From Bacteroidota bacterium (GTDB taxonomy: Bacteria > Bacteroidota > Bacteroidia > CAIKAF01): a stretch of DNA of 64,000 nucleotides. The notes beneath the pieces were generated by a model. It had not been told where the DNA came from. It made no database searches and saw nothing but the letters and a program-made list of their open reading frames with translations. Positions 9,438 to 19,130 of this stretch are shown piece after piece. The translations under genes and the position numbers were made by a program. Where the stretch lies: positions 318-64,317 of the forward strand of contig JAEZEQ010000052.1 in the NCBI GenBank assembly GCA_023432985.1. The letters are read 5' to 3'. The number at the start of each line of letters is the position of its first letter. The stretch's first letter is position 1.

Positions 9438-9455
9438 GTTAACAAATTATTGGCT

Positions 9456-12400
9456 ATGCGCATTTTTCCTATAGTTTTTTTCCTGCTTTCGTTCACCCCC
9501 GCCTATATTTGGTCTCATTCTGGTCAATCTTTTCCATATATTCAGAATAAAGGACAATGGAGTTCGAATATTTTGTATAAATCGGATTTGGGAGGTGGCT
9601 CTATGTGGATAGAGGAGGGCGGATTAACTTATGCGTTTTTTGATCAATCCAAGCTCAAAGCTTTACACGACGGACTGGATAAATTTCCGCATCTTTCCCA
9701 AGATGGGTGGATTAAAGCTCATGCGCTCAAAATGAAATTCGAAGGTGCTGAACAAAATATTTCATATAGCGCAAGTTCAGCCGGACCGAATTATTATAAT
9801 TATTTTATCGGAGATAAATCGAATTGGGCTTCGGAGGTATATAGCTATGCATCTCTACGCGGAAAAAATCTGTATCCGGGCATTGATATAGTCTATAAAG
9901 CAGACGAGGGTTTTCTGAAATACGAATTTGAAGTAGCCCCGGGAGCTAATCCCGATTTGATTCGTATGCGCTATAATGGAGCCAATTCCATGCGGATTGA
10001 TCCGGCAGGGAATTTGATTTTGGATTTGGGTGTTACAACTATGACCGAGAAAAAACCCTATGTTTTTCAAATTATAGGTCAAGATACCATAGAAATCGGA
10101 TCTTCTTTTGTTTTAGACGGAAATGAACTTCGTTTTGCCATTGATGCCTATAATACAGAGCTTCCCCTTATCATAGATCCCATTCTGATTTTTAGTACCT
10201 ATTCCGGATCTACTGCCGATAATTTTGGTTTCACCGCAACATACGACAGTAAAGGATATTTATATTCGGGAGGAAATGTGTTTGGACTGGGTTATCCGAC
10301 AACAACAGGAGCCTATCAGGTTTTATACGGAGGCGGAAATATAGATGTGGCCATTACCAAATACGATGTAAGCGGCACTTTTCTCATTTATAGTACCTAT
10401 TTAGGCGGAAATGGATCGGAAATTCCCCATAGTTTGGTGGTGAATAATTATGATGAATTGTTTATTTACGGGACTACCGGATCTGCTAATTTTCCCGTTA
10501 CAGCCAATGCTTTCGATCAGACATTTAATGGAGGAACCAGCGTAAATGGCGTGGGAATGGGATTTGTATACCCATCGGGATGCGATATTTTTATTTCTCG
10601 CCTGAATGTTAGCGGAACGGCATTATTGGCTTCTACTTTTTTGGGTGGAACGGGTAATGACGGACTGAATCTGGCGGGTGGATTGAAACATAATTATGCC
10701 GATGAATCTCGAGGCGAAATCGATATAGATAAACTCAATTATATTTACCTGGCCAGCACCACTTCGTCTACGAATTTTCCGGGTGTAGCCGGCGCTTTTC
10801 AATCGACTTATGGCGGAGGATCGCAGGATGGTATCGTAGTGAAAATGGATAATAACCTTACCTCACTTCTCTTTGCATCTTATATGGGAGGCTCGGGTGC
10901 AGATGCCATTTATTCCTTGTCCATGGGCAGCAGTACAGGCTCTATCATCGTAGCCGGGGGCACCAACTCGCCCAATTTCCCCACAAACGGTCCGGCTTAC
11001 AATACACCCAATGGTGGTATAGACGGATTCGTAGCGAGAATTTCTTCTAACGGAGCCGTACTCAATAGATCTATTTTATTCGGAACTGCTCAGTATGACC
11101 AGATTTATTTTGTGGAAGTAGACCGAAATGATCATGTCTATGTGTTGGGACAAACAGACCATGCAGCAGGCTATTATTATCAAAATGCTATATATGGAAT
11201 CCCAAATGGAGGCCAGTTTATTACTAAGTTTAAACCCGGTTTAGATAGCCTGGAATGGAGTACTTCTTTCGGAAATGGAAACGGATTTCCGGATATTTCT
11301 CCCTCTGCATTTTTGGTCGATGTATGTAATAAAATTTATATTTCGGGTTGGGGTGGAATAGTCAATGGTTCGCTTATTCCCGGAAGTACGGTCACCGGAT
11401 TGGATATTACACCGAACGCATTTCAACCCAATACAACCGGTAGCGATTTTTATTTAATGGTAATGGAAGATAATGCTTCTGCTTTAACCTATTCTACATT
11501 TTTTGGAGGAAATACCTCTGCCGAACACGTAGACGGAGGTACCAGCCGATTTAACCGTAAAGGAGAAATCTACCAAAGTGTATGCGCCGGATGTGGAGCC
11601 AATAGCGATTTTCCAATTGCCCCAAGTAATGCATGGAGTCCGACCAATAATTCCTTCAATTGCAATGTGGGCGTGTTTAAGTTTAAGTTCGACTTCCCCA
11701 TGACGGTTGCGGATTTTGATATTCCCCCGGCAGCCTGTGCCCCTGTGAATATGACCATGACCAATGAAAGTGAAGGCGCACTGAGTTATCTTTGGGTGGT
11801 AAGCGACGGACAAACGTCTACGGATGTGAATCCGAATTTTCAATTTAATAATGGAGGGGTTTACGAAGTTACGCTGTACGCAATGAACTCAAGCGGTATA
11901 ACCTGCAACCCCATCGATAGCATTAGTAAACAAATTGTAGTTTTAGGAAATTCGGGACAACTTTTACCCGATATGGAAAGCTGCGATGATGTGCCCTTCG
12001 AAATAGGATTGCCACCAACAGGTGTTGCCGGTGTAACCTATCAGTGGATCCCTTCAAGCGGATTATCCGATCCAACCACTTCTAATCCTATTTTTAATCC
12101 CTCTGCCGGAACGCAGAATTATCAGGTGATTATTTCGAACGGTATGTGCTCCGATACGCTCACTCAATCGGTTACCGTTAGCCCGCTGCTTAGTTTTACC
12201 TTTGCCGATACGCTGGTTTGCAAGGGAGCTGTCGTGAATCTTGGAAACGCAAATATGCCGGGAAATTATACCTATAATTGGACTCCTGCGGGCGGACTAT
12301 CGAACCCCAACTCTGCAAATCCATCCCTAAGTGTTACTCAAAATGAAACCTATCAATTGATCTATTCATATTTGAATTGCAGCGATACCGCATTTAGAAT

Positions 12401-13409
12401 TGTAACGGTTCTTGATGAGCAATCCTTTGATTTGCCCGATACCGCAATTTGTGCCGGAGATAGTATTCATATCAACGAAATCCCATTTTTTCCCAATCTG
12501 ACCTATACCTGGTCACCCTCTGCTTTGGTCAGTAACCCCAATATCCATAATCCAAGCATATGGACAGACGAAAATCAGATTTTTACCTTGATTATTGATA
12601 ATGGTGCCTGCCTCGATACGGTCTACAAACAGGTAAATGTCATCACTATTGCCGGAAGTTTAGGACCCGATATCACCAAATGTAAAGAAGACAGTGTGCA
12701 AATCGGATTTGCCCCTCAACCCGGATTTTCATACCAATGGTTCCCCTCAAGTTATCTCAATAATGATACCCTGTCGAACCCCATTACATTTACACCCAAC
12801 TCCATGCAATATGTATTGCAAACCTCCCTCAATCAAAGCTCTTGTTCGGCCTTTGATACTATAGGTATTGAGGTGATTTCTTTGGGTATTCCGCCCATAG
12901 GTTTTTACGAATATGCCGGATGTGGAGGAGTGGTGTATGAACCTGATTTAATGGGAAATCCCAATTACGATTACCACTGGGTTGTTATGCCGGGCGGACA
13001 AGATTATGACGGACCTAATCCGGGTATTACCGTGCCTTTTAAAGATACCATTACCTTGTCTTTAACGGTGAGTGACGGACTTTGTAGTGAGACAGTAAAC
13101 ATAGAAAAAGAAGTAGGCGGATTTGGCGATTATTATCAAGCCTCTATGATGCCCAATGTCTTTACGCCCAACGAAGATGGAATGAATGAATGTTTTGGTC
13201 CCGACGGTTTAGAAGAAGGATGTTACCGACTTTATGTTTATAATAGATGGGGCGTATTGTATTTTGATTCAGAAAAATCAGGACAGGGGTGCTGGAATGG
13301 AAGAGGCATGAATAAAGCCCCGGACGTAGCCTCAGAAGGGGTGTATTATTGGGTCTTGATAATTGGACTCGACGAATACCATGGTCATGTTTCTCTCTTT
13401 AAAAATTAA
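9456..13409 (+). CDS. Large secreted SBBP/beta-propeller repeat protein with T9SS type B (gliding-motility-associated) C-terminal domain
   Basis: Start at 9456 gives signal peptide MRIFPIVFFLLSFTPAYIWS. The N-terminal IQNKGQW domain plus repeated Y..YLGG.G.D/E blocks are typical of SBBP repeats. There are four ~77-aa tandem modules. The C-terminus (VFTPNEDGMNECF ... YNRWGVLYF ... WNGRG ... GVYYWV) is typical of the TIGR04131-type sorting domain. Confidence 0.8.
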   Translation: MRIFPIVFFLLSFTPAYIWSHSGQSFPYIQNKGQWSSNILYKSDLGGGSMWIEEGGLTYAFFDQSKLKALHDGLDKFPHLSQDGWIKAHALKMKFEGAEQNISYSASSAGPNYYNYFIGDKSNWASEVYSYASLRGKNLYPGIDIVYKADEGFLKYEFEVAPGANPDLIRMRYNGANSMRIDPAGNLILDLGVTTMTEKKPYVFQIIGQDTIEIGSSFVLDGNELRFAIDAYNTELPLIIDPILIFSTYSGSTADNFGFTATYDSKGYLYSGGNVFGLGYPTTTGAYQVLYGGGNIDVAITKYDVSGTFLIYSTYLGGNGSEIPHSLVVNNYDELFIYGTTGSANFPVTANAFDQTFNGGTSVNGVGMGFVYPSGCDIFISRLNVSGTALLASTFLGGTGNDGLNLAGGLKHNYADESRGEIDIDKLNYIYLASTTSSTNFPGVAGAFQSTYGGGSQDGIVVKMDNNLTSLLFASYMGGSGADAIYSLSMGSSTGSIIVAGGTNSPNFPTNGPAYNTPNGGIDGFVARISSNGAVLNRSILFGTAQYDQIYFVEVDRNDHVYVLGQTDHAAGYYYQNAIYGIPNGGQFITKFKPGLDSLEWSTSFGNGNGFPDISPSAFLVDVCNKIYISGWGGIVNGSLIPGSTVTGLDITPNAFQPNTTGSDFYLMVMEDNASALTYSTFFGGNTSAEHVDGGTSRFNRKGEIYQSVCAGCGANSDFPIAPSNAWSPTNNSFNCNVGVFKFKFDFPMTVADFDIPPAACAPVNMTMTNESEGALSYLWVVSDGQTSTDVNPNFQFNNGGVYEVTLYAMNSSGITCNPIDSISKQIVVLGNSGQLLPDMESCDDVPFEIGLPPTGVAGVTYQWIPSSGLSDPTTSNPIFNPSAGTQNYQVIISNGMCSDTLTQSVTVSPLLSFTFADTLVCKGAVVNLGNANMPGNYTYNWTPAGGLSNPNSANPSLSVTQNETYQLIYSYLNCSDTAFRIVTVLDEQSFDLPDTAICAGDSIHINEIPFFPNLTYTWSPSALVSNPNIHNPSIWTDENQIFTLIIDNGACLDTVYKQVNVITIAGSLGPDITKCKEDSVQIGFAPQPGFSYQWFPSSYLNNDTLSNPITFTPNSMQYVLQTSLNQSSCSAFDTIGIEVISLGIPPIGFYEYAGCGGVVYEPDLMGNPNYDYHWVVMPGGQDYDGPNPGITVPFKDTITLSLTVSDGLCSETVNIEKEVGGFGDYYQASMMPNVFTPNEDGMNECFGPDGLEEGCYRLYVYNRWGVLYFDSEKSGQGCWNGRGMNKAPDVASEGVYYWVLIIGLDEYHGHVSLFKN
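11950..12890 (+). repeat. Four tandem ~231-nt (about 77-aa) coding repeats inside the SBBP protein
   Basis: Each module has a C-x-G/D start, an aromatic core and a Cys-containing end. The cores are TYQWIPSSGLSDP (~12036), TYNWTPAGGLSNP (~12269), TYTWSPSALVSNP (~12501) and SYQWFPSSYLNND (~12728). The ends are CSDT, CSDT, CLDT and CSAFDT. Confidence 0.75.
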
Positions 13410-13511
13410 TAGACTATTTCTCTGAAAATGTAAAACAAATTAAGCTTTGACTTTTAGGGTGTAGAGGCTGTTTTGTTTGCATTTAAATTGGACTTTTTTA
13501 TACGAAAAAGG

Positions 13512-13519
13512 TACATTTG
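13512..13519 (+). promoter_or_regulatory. Candidate -7 box (TACATTTG) for the kynU-kmo-ABC operon
   Basis: Exact TAnnTTTG 17 nt upstream of the kynU ATG (13537). Confidence 0.45.
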
Positions 13520-13536
13520 TTCCGAAATAAAGGATT

Positions 13537-14808
13537 ATGTACCAAAACACGATAGAGTTTGCCTTGAAACAGGATGCGGAAGACAAACTGTCCGCATTGC
13601 GATCTGAGTTTTTATTTCCACAATGGAATGGAAAAGACTGTATATATTTAACCGGAAACAGCCTGGGTTTACAACCCAAAAATACCGAGCTATATCTTAA
13701 AGAGGAATTGGCCGATTGGCATAAATATGGCGTAGAAGGTCATTTCCATGCCAAAAGGCCCTGGTTCCATTATCATGAATTCTTCTCGGAATCCTTATCC
13801 AAAATAATAGGATGTAAACCCGAGGAATGTGTGGCCATGGGATCACTTACGGCCAATTTGCATCTGCTTTTGGTGAGTTTTTACAGACCCGATAAAAAGC
13901 GCTTTAAGATAATTTGCGAACAAAAACCGTTTCCGTCTGATACCTACGCATTTGCTTCACAGATTCGTTTTCACGGATTTGATCCCGCAGAAGCATTGAT
14001 CGAATTAAAACCCCGGGAAGGAGAATATACCCTGCGTACGGAAGATATACTGGCGCAAATTGACCTACATAAAGACGAATTGGCTTTGGTTTGTTTGGGT
14101 GCCGTTCAATATTTTACAGGACAATTTTTCGACCTGAAGCAAATTACCCGGGCCGCACATCAGGCAGGCGCAAAAGCAGGATTCGACCTGGCTCATGCCG
14201 CCGCAAATGTGCCTCTCGAATTGCATGATTGGAATGTGGACTTTGCCTGTTGGTGCAGTTATAAATATATGAATTCTGGACCGGGCGGTGTAGCCGGAAT
14301 ATATGTACACGAAAAATACAGCAAACAAAAAGATATAGCCCGATTCGAAGGTTGGTGGGGAAATGATGCACAAAGTCGTTTCTTGATGAAACCCGAATTC
14401 GAACCCATGGCCGGAGCAGCCGCCTGGCAATTGAGCAATGCGCCGGTATTTACCATGGCTTGCCATAGAGCCGCTTTGGATATTTTCGATAAAACGTCTA
14501 TGCAAGATTTGCGCCAAAAAAGCAAGAAATTAACCGGATATCTGGCATTTCTGCTTGAAGAAATCAGAATGCAATATGGCAAGGACAGCCTGCAAATTAT
14601 TACTCCGCAAAACGAGGAAGAAAGAGGCGCTCAATTGAGCCTGATATTTCCACATAAAGGAAAAGAAGTATTCGAGAATATTTCTAAAGCAGGAATTATT
14701 GCCGACTGGCGTGAACCTAATGTGATGCGCATAGCACCCGTACCTTTGTACAACAGTTTTGAAGATGTGTATCGTTTTGCAAATGAGTTGAAAAAACAGT
14801 TTTCGTAA
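13537..14808 (+). CDS. kynU: Kynureninase
   Basis: 423 aa. The N-terminal pattern LR.EF.FP ... IYL.GNSLGLQPK and the PLP-lysine context CSYKYMNSGPG are characteristic of kynureninase. Confidence 0.9.
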   Translation: MYQNTIEFALKQDAEDKLSALRSEFLFPQWNGKDCIYLTGNSLGLQPKNTELYLKEELADWHKYGVEGHFHAKRPWFHYHEFFSESLSKIIGCKPEECVAMGSLTANLHLLLVSFYRPDKKRFKIICEQKPFPSDTYAFASQIRFHGFDPAEALIELKPREGEYTLRTEDILAQIDLHKDELALVCLGAVQYFTGQFFDLKQITRAAHQAGAKAGFDLAHAAANVPLELHDWNVDFACWCSYKYMNSGPGGVAGIYVHEKYSKQKDIARFEGWWGNDAQSRFLMKPEFEPMAGAAAWQLSNAPVFTMACHRAALDIFDKTSMQDLRQKSKKLTGYLAFLLEEIRMQYGKDSLQIITPQNEEERGAQLSLIFPHKGKEVFENISKAGIIADWREPNVMRIAPVPLYNSFEDVYRFANELKKQFS

Positions 14809-14809
14809 T

Positions 14810-16162
14810 ATGGAACAAAAGAAAATAATTATATCAGGAGCCGGTTTGGTAGGTTCACTTTTGGCGGTTTTACTCGGAAAAAAAGGCTATAAGGTTACGG
14901 TAATCGAACGTCGTCCCGATATGCGAAAGGTTAAGATTTCTGCCGGAAGATCCATTAACCTGGCTATGAGCAGCCGCGGTTGGAGGGCACTCGATAAAGC
15001 CGGGGTAAGCGAGCAAGTGAAACAAATCGCCATGCCTATGTATAAAAGAACCATGCATGATGTAAACGGGAATTTGTCTTTTCAGCCGTATGGACTCGAA
15101 AATCAGGCTATTTATAGTGTGTCGAGAGCTTTGTTGAATAAGATTTTACTCGATAATGCAGATGCCGATCCCGATATTACATTCCTTTTCAATCGCCGCC
15201 TGAGCGAAGTAAACCTGGAGCAGAAAAAAATCACAATCCGTAATGAGGAAGATGATAGTGAAACGGAAATGGATTATGATTTTTTATTCGGCTGCGATGG
15301 AGCCTATTCTGCCGTGAGGCACCGTTTGTTGTTTAATGAAATGTTTTCCTATTCACAAACCTATATAGACCACGGTTATAAAGAGTTTCACATGCAGCCA
15401 TCCGAAAATGGAAAGCATAAAATGGATGTGGAAACCTTGCATATTTGGCCCAGAGGCGAATTTATGATGATAGCCCTTCCCAATCCGGATGGCACCTATA
15501 CCTGCACGTTGTTTTATCCCTGGAAAGGTAAAGAAAGCTTTGAACAAATTCGCTCCGATGCCGATATTCAGCGTTTGTTCCAAACCCATTTTCCCGATTT
15601 AATTCCCCTTATTCCCGATTATATACAACAGTTTCATACGAATCCGACTTCTACATTAATGTATGTGAAATGCGGACCGTGGAATTATAAAAATGAAGTG
15701 CTCTTACTTGGTGACGCCGCACATGCCATTGTGCCTTTTTATGGACAGGGAATGAATGCCGGATTCGAAGATTGCCGCATTTTTACCGAATTGCTCGACG
15801 CCCATGATTGGAACTTCGAAGCCTGTATCCCATCCTTTGCGCAAATGCAGGAAAAACACGGACATGCCATTGCCGATTTAGCTATGCGGAATTTTGTCGA
15901 AATGCGCGATTTAACCGCAGACCCGGCATTTTTATTGCGTAAGAAAATCGAAAAGAAAATGTACGAAAAGTATCCACAAGATTGGATCCCTCTCTATAGT
16001 ATGGTTACTTTCGAAGAAGTGCCCTATCATGATGCCATTATCGAAAGTCAAAAACAAGATAAGGTAATGGAACAGATTATGAAAATATCCGGATTGGAAG
16101 ATAAATGGGATTCGGAAGAAGTATTGCAGGAAGTGTTGAGATTGAAAAAAGCAATGTATTGA
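14810..16162 (+). CDS. kmo: Kynurenine 3-monooxygenase (FAD-dependent)
   Basis: 450 aa. Rossmann motif IISGAGLVGSLLA. LLGDAAHAIVPFYGQGMN is typical of flavin aromatic hydroxylases of the KMO type. It starts 1 nt after the kynU stop. Confidence 0.85.
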   Translation: MEQKKIIISGAGLVGSLLAVLLGKKGYKVTVIERRPDMRKVKISAGRSINLAMSSRGWRALDKAGVSEQVKQIAMPMYKRTMHDVNGNLSFQPYGLENQAIYSVSRALLNKILLDNADADPDITFLFNRRLSEVNLEQKKITIRNEEDDSETEMDYDFLFGCDGAYSAVRHRLLFNEMFSYSQTYIDHGYKEFHMQPSENGKHKMDVETLHIWPRGEFMMIALPNPDGTYTCTLFYPWKGKESFEQIRSDADIQRLFQTHFPDLIPLIPDYIQQFHTNPTSTLMYVKCGPWNYKNEVLLLGDAAHAIVPFYGQGMNAGFEDCRIFTELLDAHDWNFEACIPSFAQMQEKHGHAIADLAMRNFVEMRDLTADPAFLLRKKIEKKMYEKYPQDWIPLYSMVTFEEVPYHDAIIESQKQDKVMEQIMKISGLEDKWDSEEVLQEVLRLKKAMY

Positions 16163-16163
16163 T

Positions 16164-17942
16164 ATGGCACGAAAAAAACACGCGGACGATGAAGGATCCG
16201 TCAAAGTGAAAATTTCTAAGGAAAGTCTGCTCCAGGCCAAAAAACTGCTGCGTTATTTGAAACCTTATCGATGGCCATTCGGAATAGGTTTGGTTATGCT
16301 GGCTCTCAGTAGCCTTTCATCCTTGGCATTATTCACTTTTGTTGGCGATTTATTCGATATTCAATCGGAAAATTTTGCCGATGAAGTGAAGAAAATTGCG
16401 CTGATTTTAGGAGCAATACTCATCGTACAAACCTTTTCGGGATTTTTGCGCATATACTTATTTACCTATACGGCAGAAAATTTTATTGCCCAATTAAAAC
16501 AAGATGTCTTTGCACGGTTAATACGTTTGCCCATGTCTTATTTTTCCGAAAAAAGAGTGGGGGAGTTAACATCTCGAATTAATGCCGATTTAACCAGTAT
16601 AAAAGATTCGTTTACTTCCACGCTGGCTACTTTTGTCCGCGAATGTATCATTATCACAGGTGCGATTGCATTCTTGAGCTATAGCAATCTGAAAATGGTG
16701 TTATTTATACTGGCCGTAATGCCTATAGTGGTATTGTTCGCCTTGTTTTTTGGAAAAAAAGTTCGGAAAATCAGTAAAGATGCCCAACAAACCAATGCCG
16801 AAGCCGGAACCATATTGGAAGAATCATTACAGGCTATAGCTACCGTGAAAGCATTTACCGGGGAACTTTTTGAAATCGGACGCTTCGATTCCAAGATTGC
16901 CGAAGTAGCCCGTAAAGGGGTGAAAAATGGGATAGTCATGGGTAGCTTTGTCAGTTTTTTAATTGTCTTTCTCTTTGGAAGTATTATTGCCGTAATTTGG
17001 TATGGCGCCGGTTTGGTGGCCGCGGGCGAAATAACAAACGGACAATTGTTCGAGTTTTTTATAATAAGTATTATGATGGCAGCGAGTATGGGCGGTTTGG
17101 CCGATAGTTACAACAGTCTGCAAAAAGCCCTGGGTGCAACCGATAATGTGTTGAAAATCCTTGAAGAAGATGCCGAGCCCGACTTTTACGAAAAGGTGGA
17201 ACTACATGGAAATATTCAGTTTAAAAAGCTTACTTTTTCTTATCCGGATAAAAAGGATTTTCCTATTTTAAAGGGTTTGGATTTAGAAGTGCCGGCCGGT
17301 TCACAGATAGCCCTGGTCGGACCATCCGGAGCCGGGAAAAGTACGCTCATTTCACTTCTATTGCGCATGTTCCCACCTACAAGCGGGGAGATTTTATGGG
17401 ATAATAAAAATATTGCCGATTTATCGCTTAAAGGATATAGAGAAAAAGTAGCTCTGGTTCCCCAGGAAGTAATTTTGTTTGGCGGAAGTATAAAGGATAA
17501 TATCCGCTACGGAAATCCCCTTGCCTCGGATGCAGAAATTATGGAAGCAGCCAAAAAAGCCAATGCCCACGATTTTATTATGCAATTGCCCGATCAATAC
17601 GAAACCTTGGTGGGAGAAAGAGGAACCAAATTATCGGGGGGACAAAGACAACGCGTTGCCATAGCTAGAGCCTTTATTAAAAATCCGGCTATATTATTAC
17701 TGGATGAAGCTACTTCGGCCCTCGACAGCGAAAGTGAATTTAGTGTTCAGGAGGCATTGGCCAAATTGATGCAAGGACGTACAACTTTTGTTGTTGCCCA
17801 CCGCCTCAGTACGATTCGAAATGCAGATAAAATTGTGGTGCTCGATAAGGGACAAATCATCGAAGTGGGTACACATTCCGAACTAATGCAATTGGAATCG
17901 GGAACCTACCGCATGCTGGCTGAATTACAATTTAGAGAATAA
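16164..17942 (+). CDS. ABC transporter permease/ATP-binding fusion (MsbA-like exporter)
   Basis: 592 aa. Six-TM exporter domain followed by Walker A GPSGAGKST, signature LSGGQRQR and Walker B ILLLDEATS. It starts 1 nt after the kmo stop. Confidence 0.85.
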   Translation: MARKKHADDEGSVKVKISKESLLQAKKLLRYLKPYRWPFGIGLVMLALSSLSSLALFTFVGDLFDIQSENFADEVKKIALILGAILIVQTFSGFLRIYLFTYTAENFIAQLKQDVFARLIRLPMSYFSEKRVGELTSRINADLTSIKDSFTSTLATFVRECIIITGAIAFLSYSNLKMVLFILAVMPIVVLFALFFGKKVRKISKDAQQTNAEAGTILEESLQAIATVKAFTGELFEIGRFDSKIAEVARKGVKNGIVMGSFVSFLIVFLFGSIIAVIWYGAGLVAAGEITNGQLFEFFIISIMMAASMGGLADSYNSLQKALGATDNVLKILEEDAEPDFYEKVELHGNIQFKKLTFSYPDKKDFPILKGLDLEVPAGSQIALVGPSGAGKSTLISLLLRMFPPTSGEILWDNKNIADLSLKGYREKVALVPQEVILFGGSIKDNIRYGNPLASDAEIMEAAKKANAHDFIMQLPDQYETLVGERGTKLSGGQRQRVAIARAFIKNPAILLLDEATSALDSESEFSVQEALAKLMQGRTTFVVAHRLSTIRNADKIVVLDKGQIIEVGTHSELMQLESGTYRMLAELQFRE

Positions 17943-17946
17943 AAAA

Positions 17947-17979
17947 AGTGAATCATATGGGGGGGATGATTCACTTTTT
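17947..17979 (+). terminator. Rho-independent terminator of the ABC transporter gene
   Basis: 10-bp stem agtgaatcat/atgattcact with G-rich loop, followed by TTTTT. Confidence 0.65.
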
Positions 17980-18100
17980 AAATTTGAAGAAAGTCATTAT
18001 GGGGGGTAAATGCTTTCTTTCTATAACACAAATATAGATACATCTTCTACTCTATCATAGAGGAGATTTCCTGTTTTGATTAGGTGTTTTTCCTGTAAAT

Positions 18101-18131
18101 AAAAAAAGCAGCCTGTTTAGACTGCTTTTTT
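18101..18131 (-). terminator. Bidirectional terminator downstream of the 18142-19038 lipoprotein gene
   Basis: Stem agcag/ctgct flanked by A7 and T6 runs, 10 nt past the stop codon on the minus strand. Confidence 0.5.
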
Positions 18132-18141
18132 GTGTGTTTAC

Positions 18142-19038
18142 TTATTCTTTTATCCAGTTTGTTTCCATTCCTCTTATGCCCATATCTACCGGGAAATCAC
18201 CTTTGTCCGGCTGATAAACTCCATCCGGCGAAGCAGCATCATTCCACTCAAAGCTTTTGTTGGTACTGAGGCGAACATTTACGATAATATTCTCATTTTC
18301 TTCTCCGGAAATCTGAAGGGGACTGTCGAACTTAGCTGTGACTACACAACTGCCGGCCGGAATAGGAGAGGAGGCAAAAAGGGGATTTACCACCGTGGTA
18401 GCCCCAGCCGGAGCCTGACCATCCGTCACATAGGTTTGCCCGTATGCCGTAGTTTCAAAACCCCAATAACCCTGCTTTTTTGCAGCATTTATAGCCTTAC
18501 TCTGATTTTTAATTACATAAGAATTGATATAGGTATTATATCCGATAAATGAGGCAACTGTTCCTTTTAGATCTAAATTCTGAGTGGTATCGAGGGGATT
18601 GGTAATTCTAAAATCAATATCGTAATTCTGATATGCCAAGGACACCCTCAACCATTCATAAGTTCCCACAGCCACATCTTTTAAAGGCATACTGAAAAAG
18701 GCTTCGTTATGACCCACTGAAACGGATTTACTGAAATCTATGGCATTTTGACCACCAATACTCAACTCCGGAGCCAGATACAATACTTCACCCGCACCTA
18801 ATGCCGTGTAGGCATTGGGACTGAGTTCTACATAATGCGCACTTAACTTGTTGAAAACAGGATTCTGCGCAGCATGATCGGATGGAATAGTGGCTTCTTG
18901 ACCAAAACTGTTGAGACGAGGCAAAGTGGGGTCGAATTGAACTTTAAAAATAATTTTAGGCTCTTCTGCCGGATCTTTTTTACATGATGAAAGTCCAATA
19001 AGAAGGATGGATAGTAAATAGATTAAATTGTTTTTCAT
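18142..19038 (-). CDS. Hypothetical lipoprotein
   Basis: The ATG at 19038 gives MKNNLIYLLSILLIGLSSC (lipobox). The rest is beta-rich with no motif I can assign. The ORF-track start at 19059 is a TTG that overlaps the predicted -7 box. Confidence 0.6.
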   Translation of the reverse strand: MKNNLIYLLSILLIGLSSCKKDPAEEPKIIFKVQFDPTLPRLNSFGQEATIPSDHAAQNPVFNKLSAHYVELSPNAYTALGAGEVLYLAPELSIGGQNAIDFSKSVSVGHNEAFFSMPLKDVAVGTYEWLRVSLAYQNYDIDFRITNPLDTTQNLDLKGTVASFIGYNTYINSYVIKNQSKAINAAKKQGYWGFETTAYGQTYVTDGQAPAGATTVVNPLFASSPIPAGSCVVTAKFDSPLQISGEENENIIVNVRLSTNKSFEWNDAASPDGVYQPDKGDFPVDMGIRGMETNWIKE

Positions 19039-19056
19039 GAAATTAGTTATATTCTT

Positions 19057-19064
19057 CAAAATTA
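19057..19064 (-). promoter_or_regulatory. Candidate -7 box (TAATTTTG on the minus strand) for the lipoprotein gene
   Basis: Plus-strand CAAAATTA, 18 nt upstream of the ATG at 19038. Confidence 0.4.
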
Positions 19065-19130
19065 AGAGAAATTCTGTGAATATGGAAACTAAATTTTGGC
19101 TAACATTGTAATCTGTAAAGTAGAACTATT

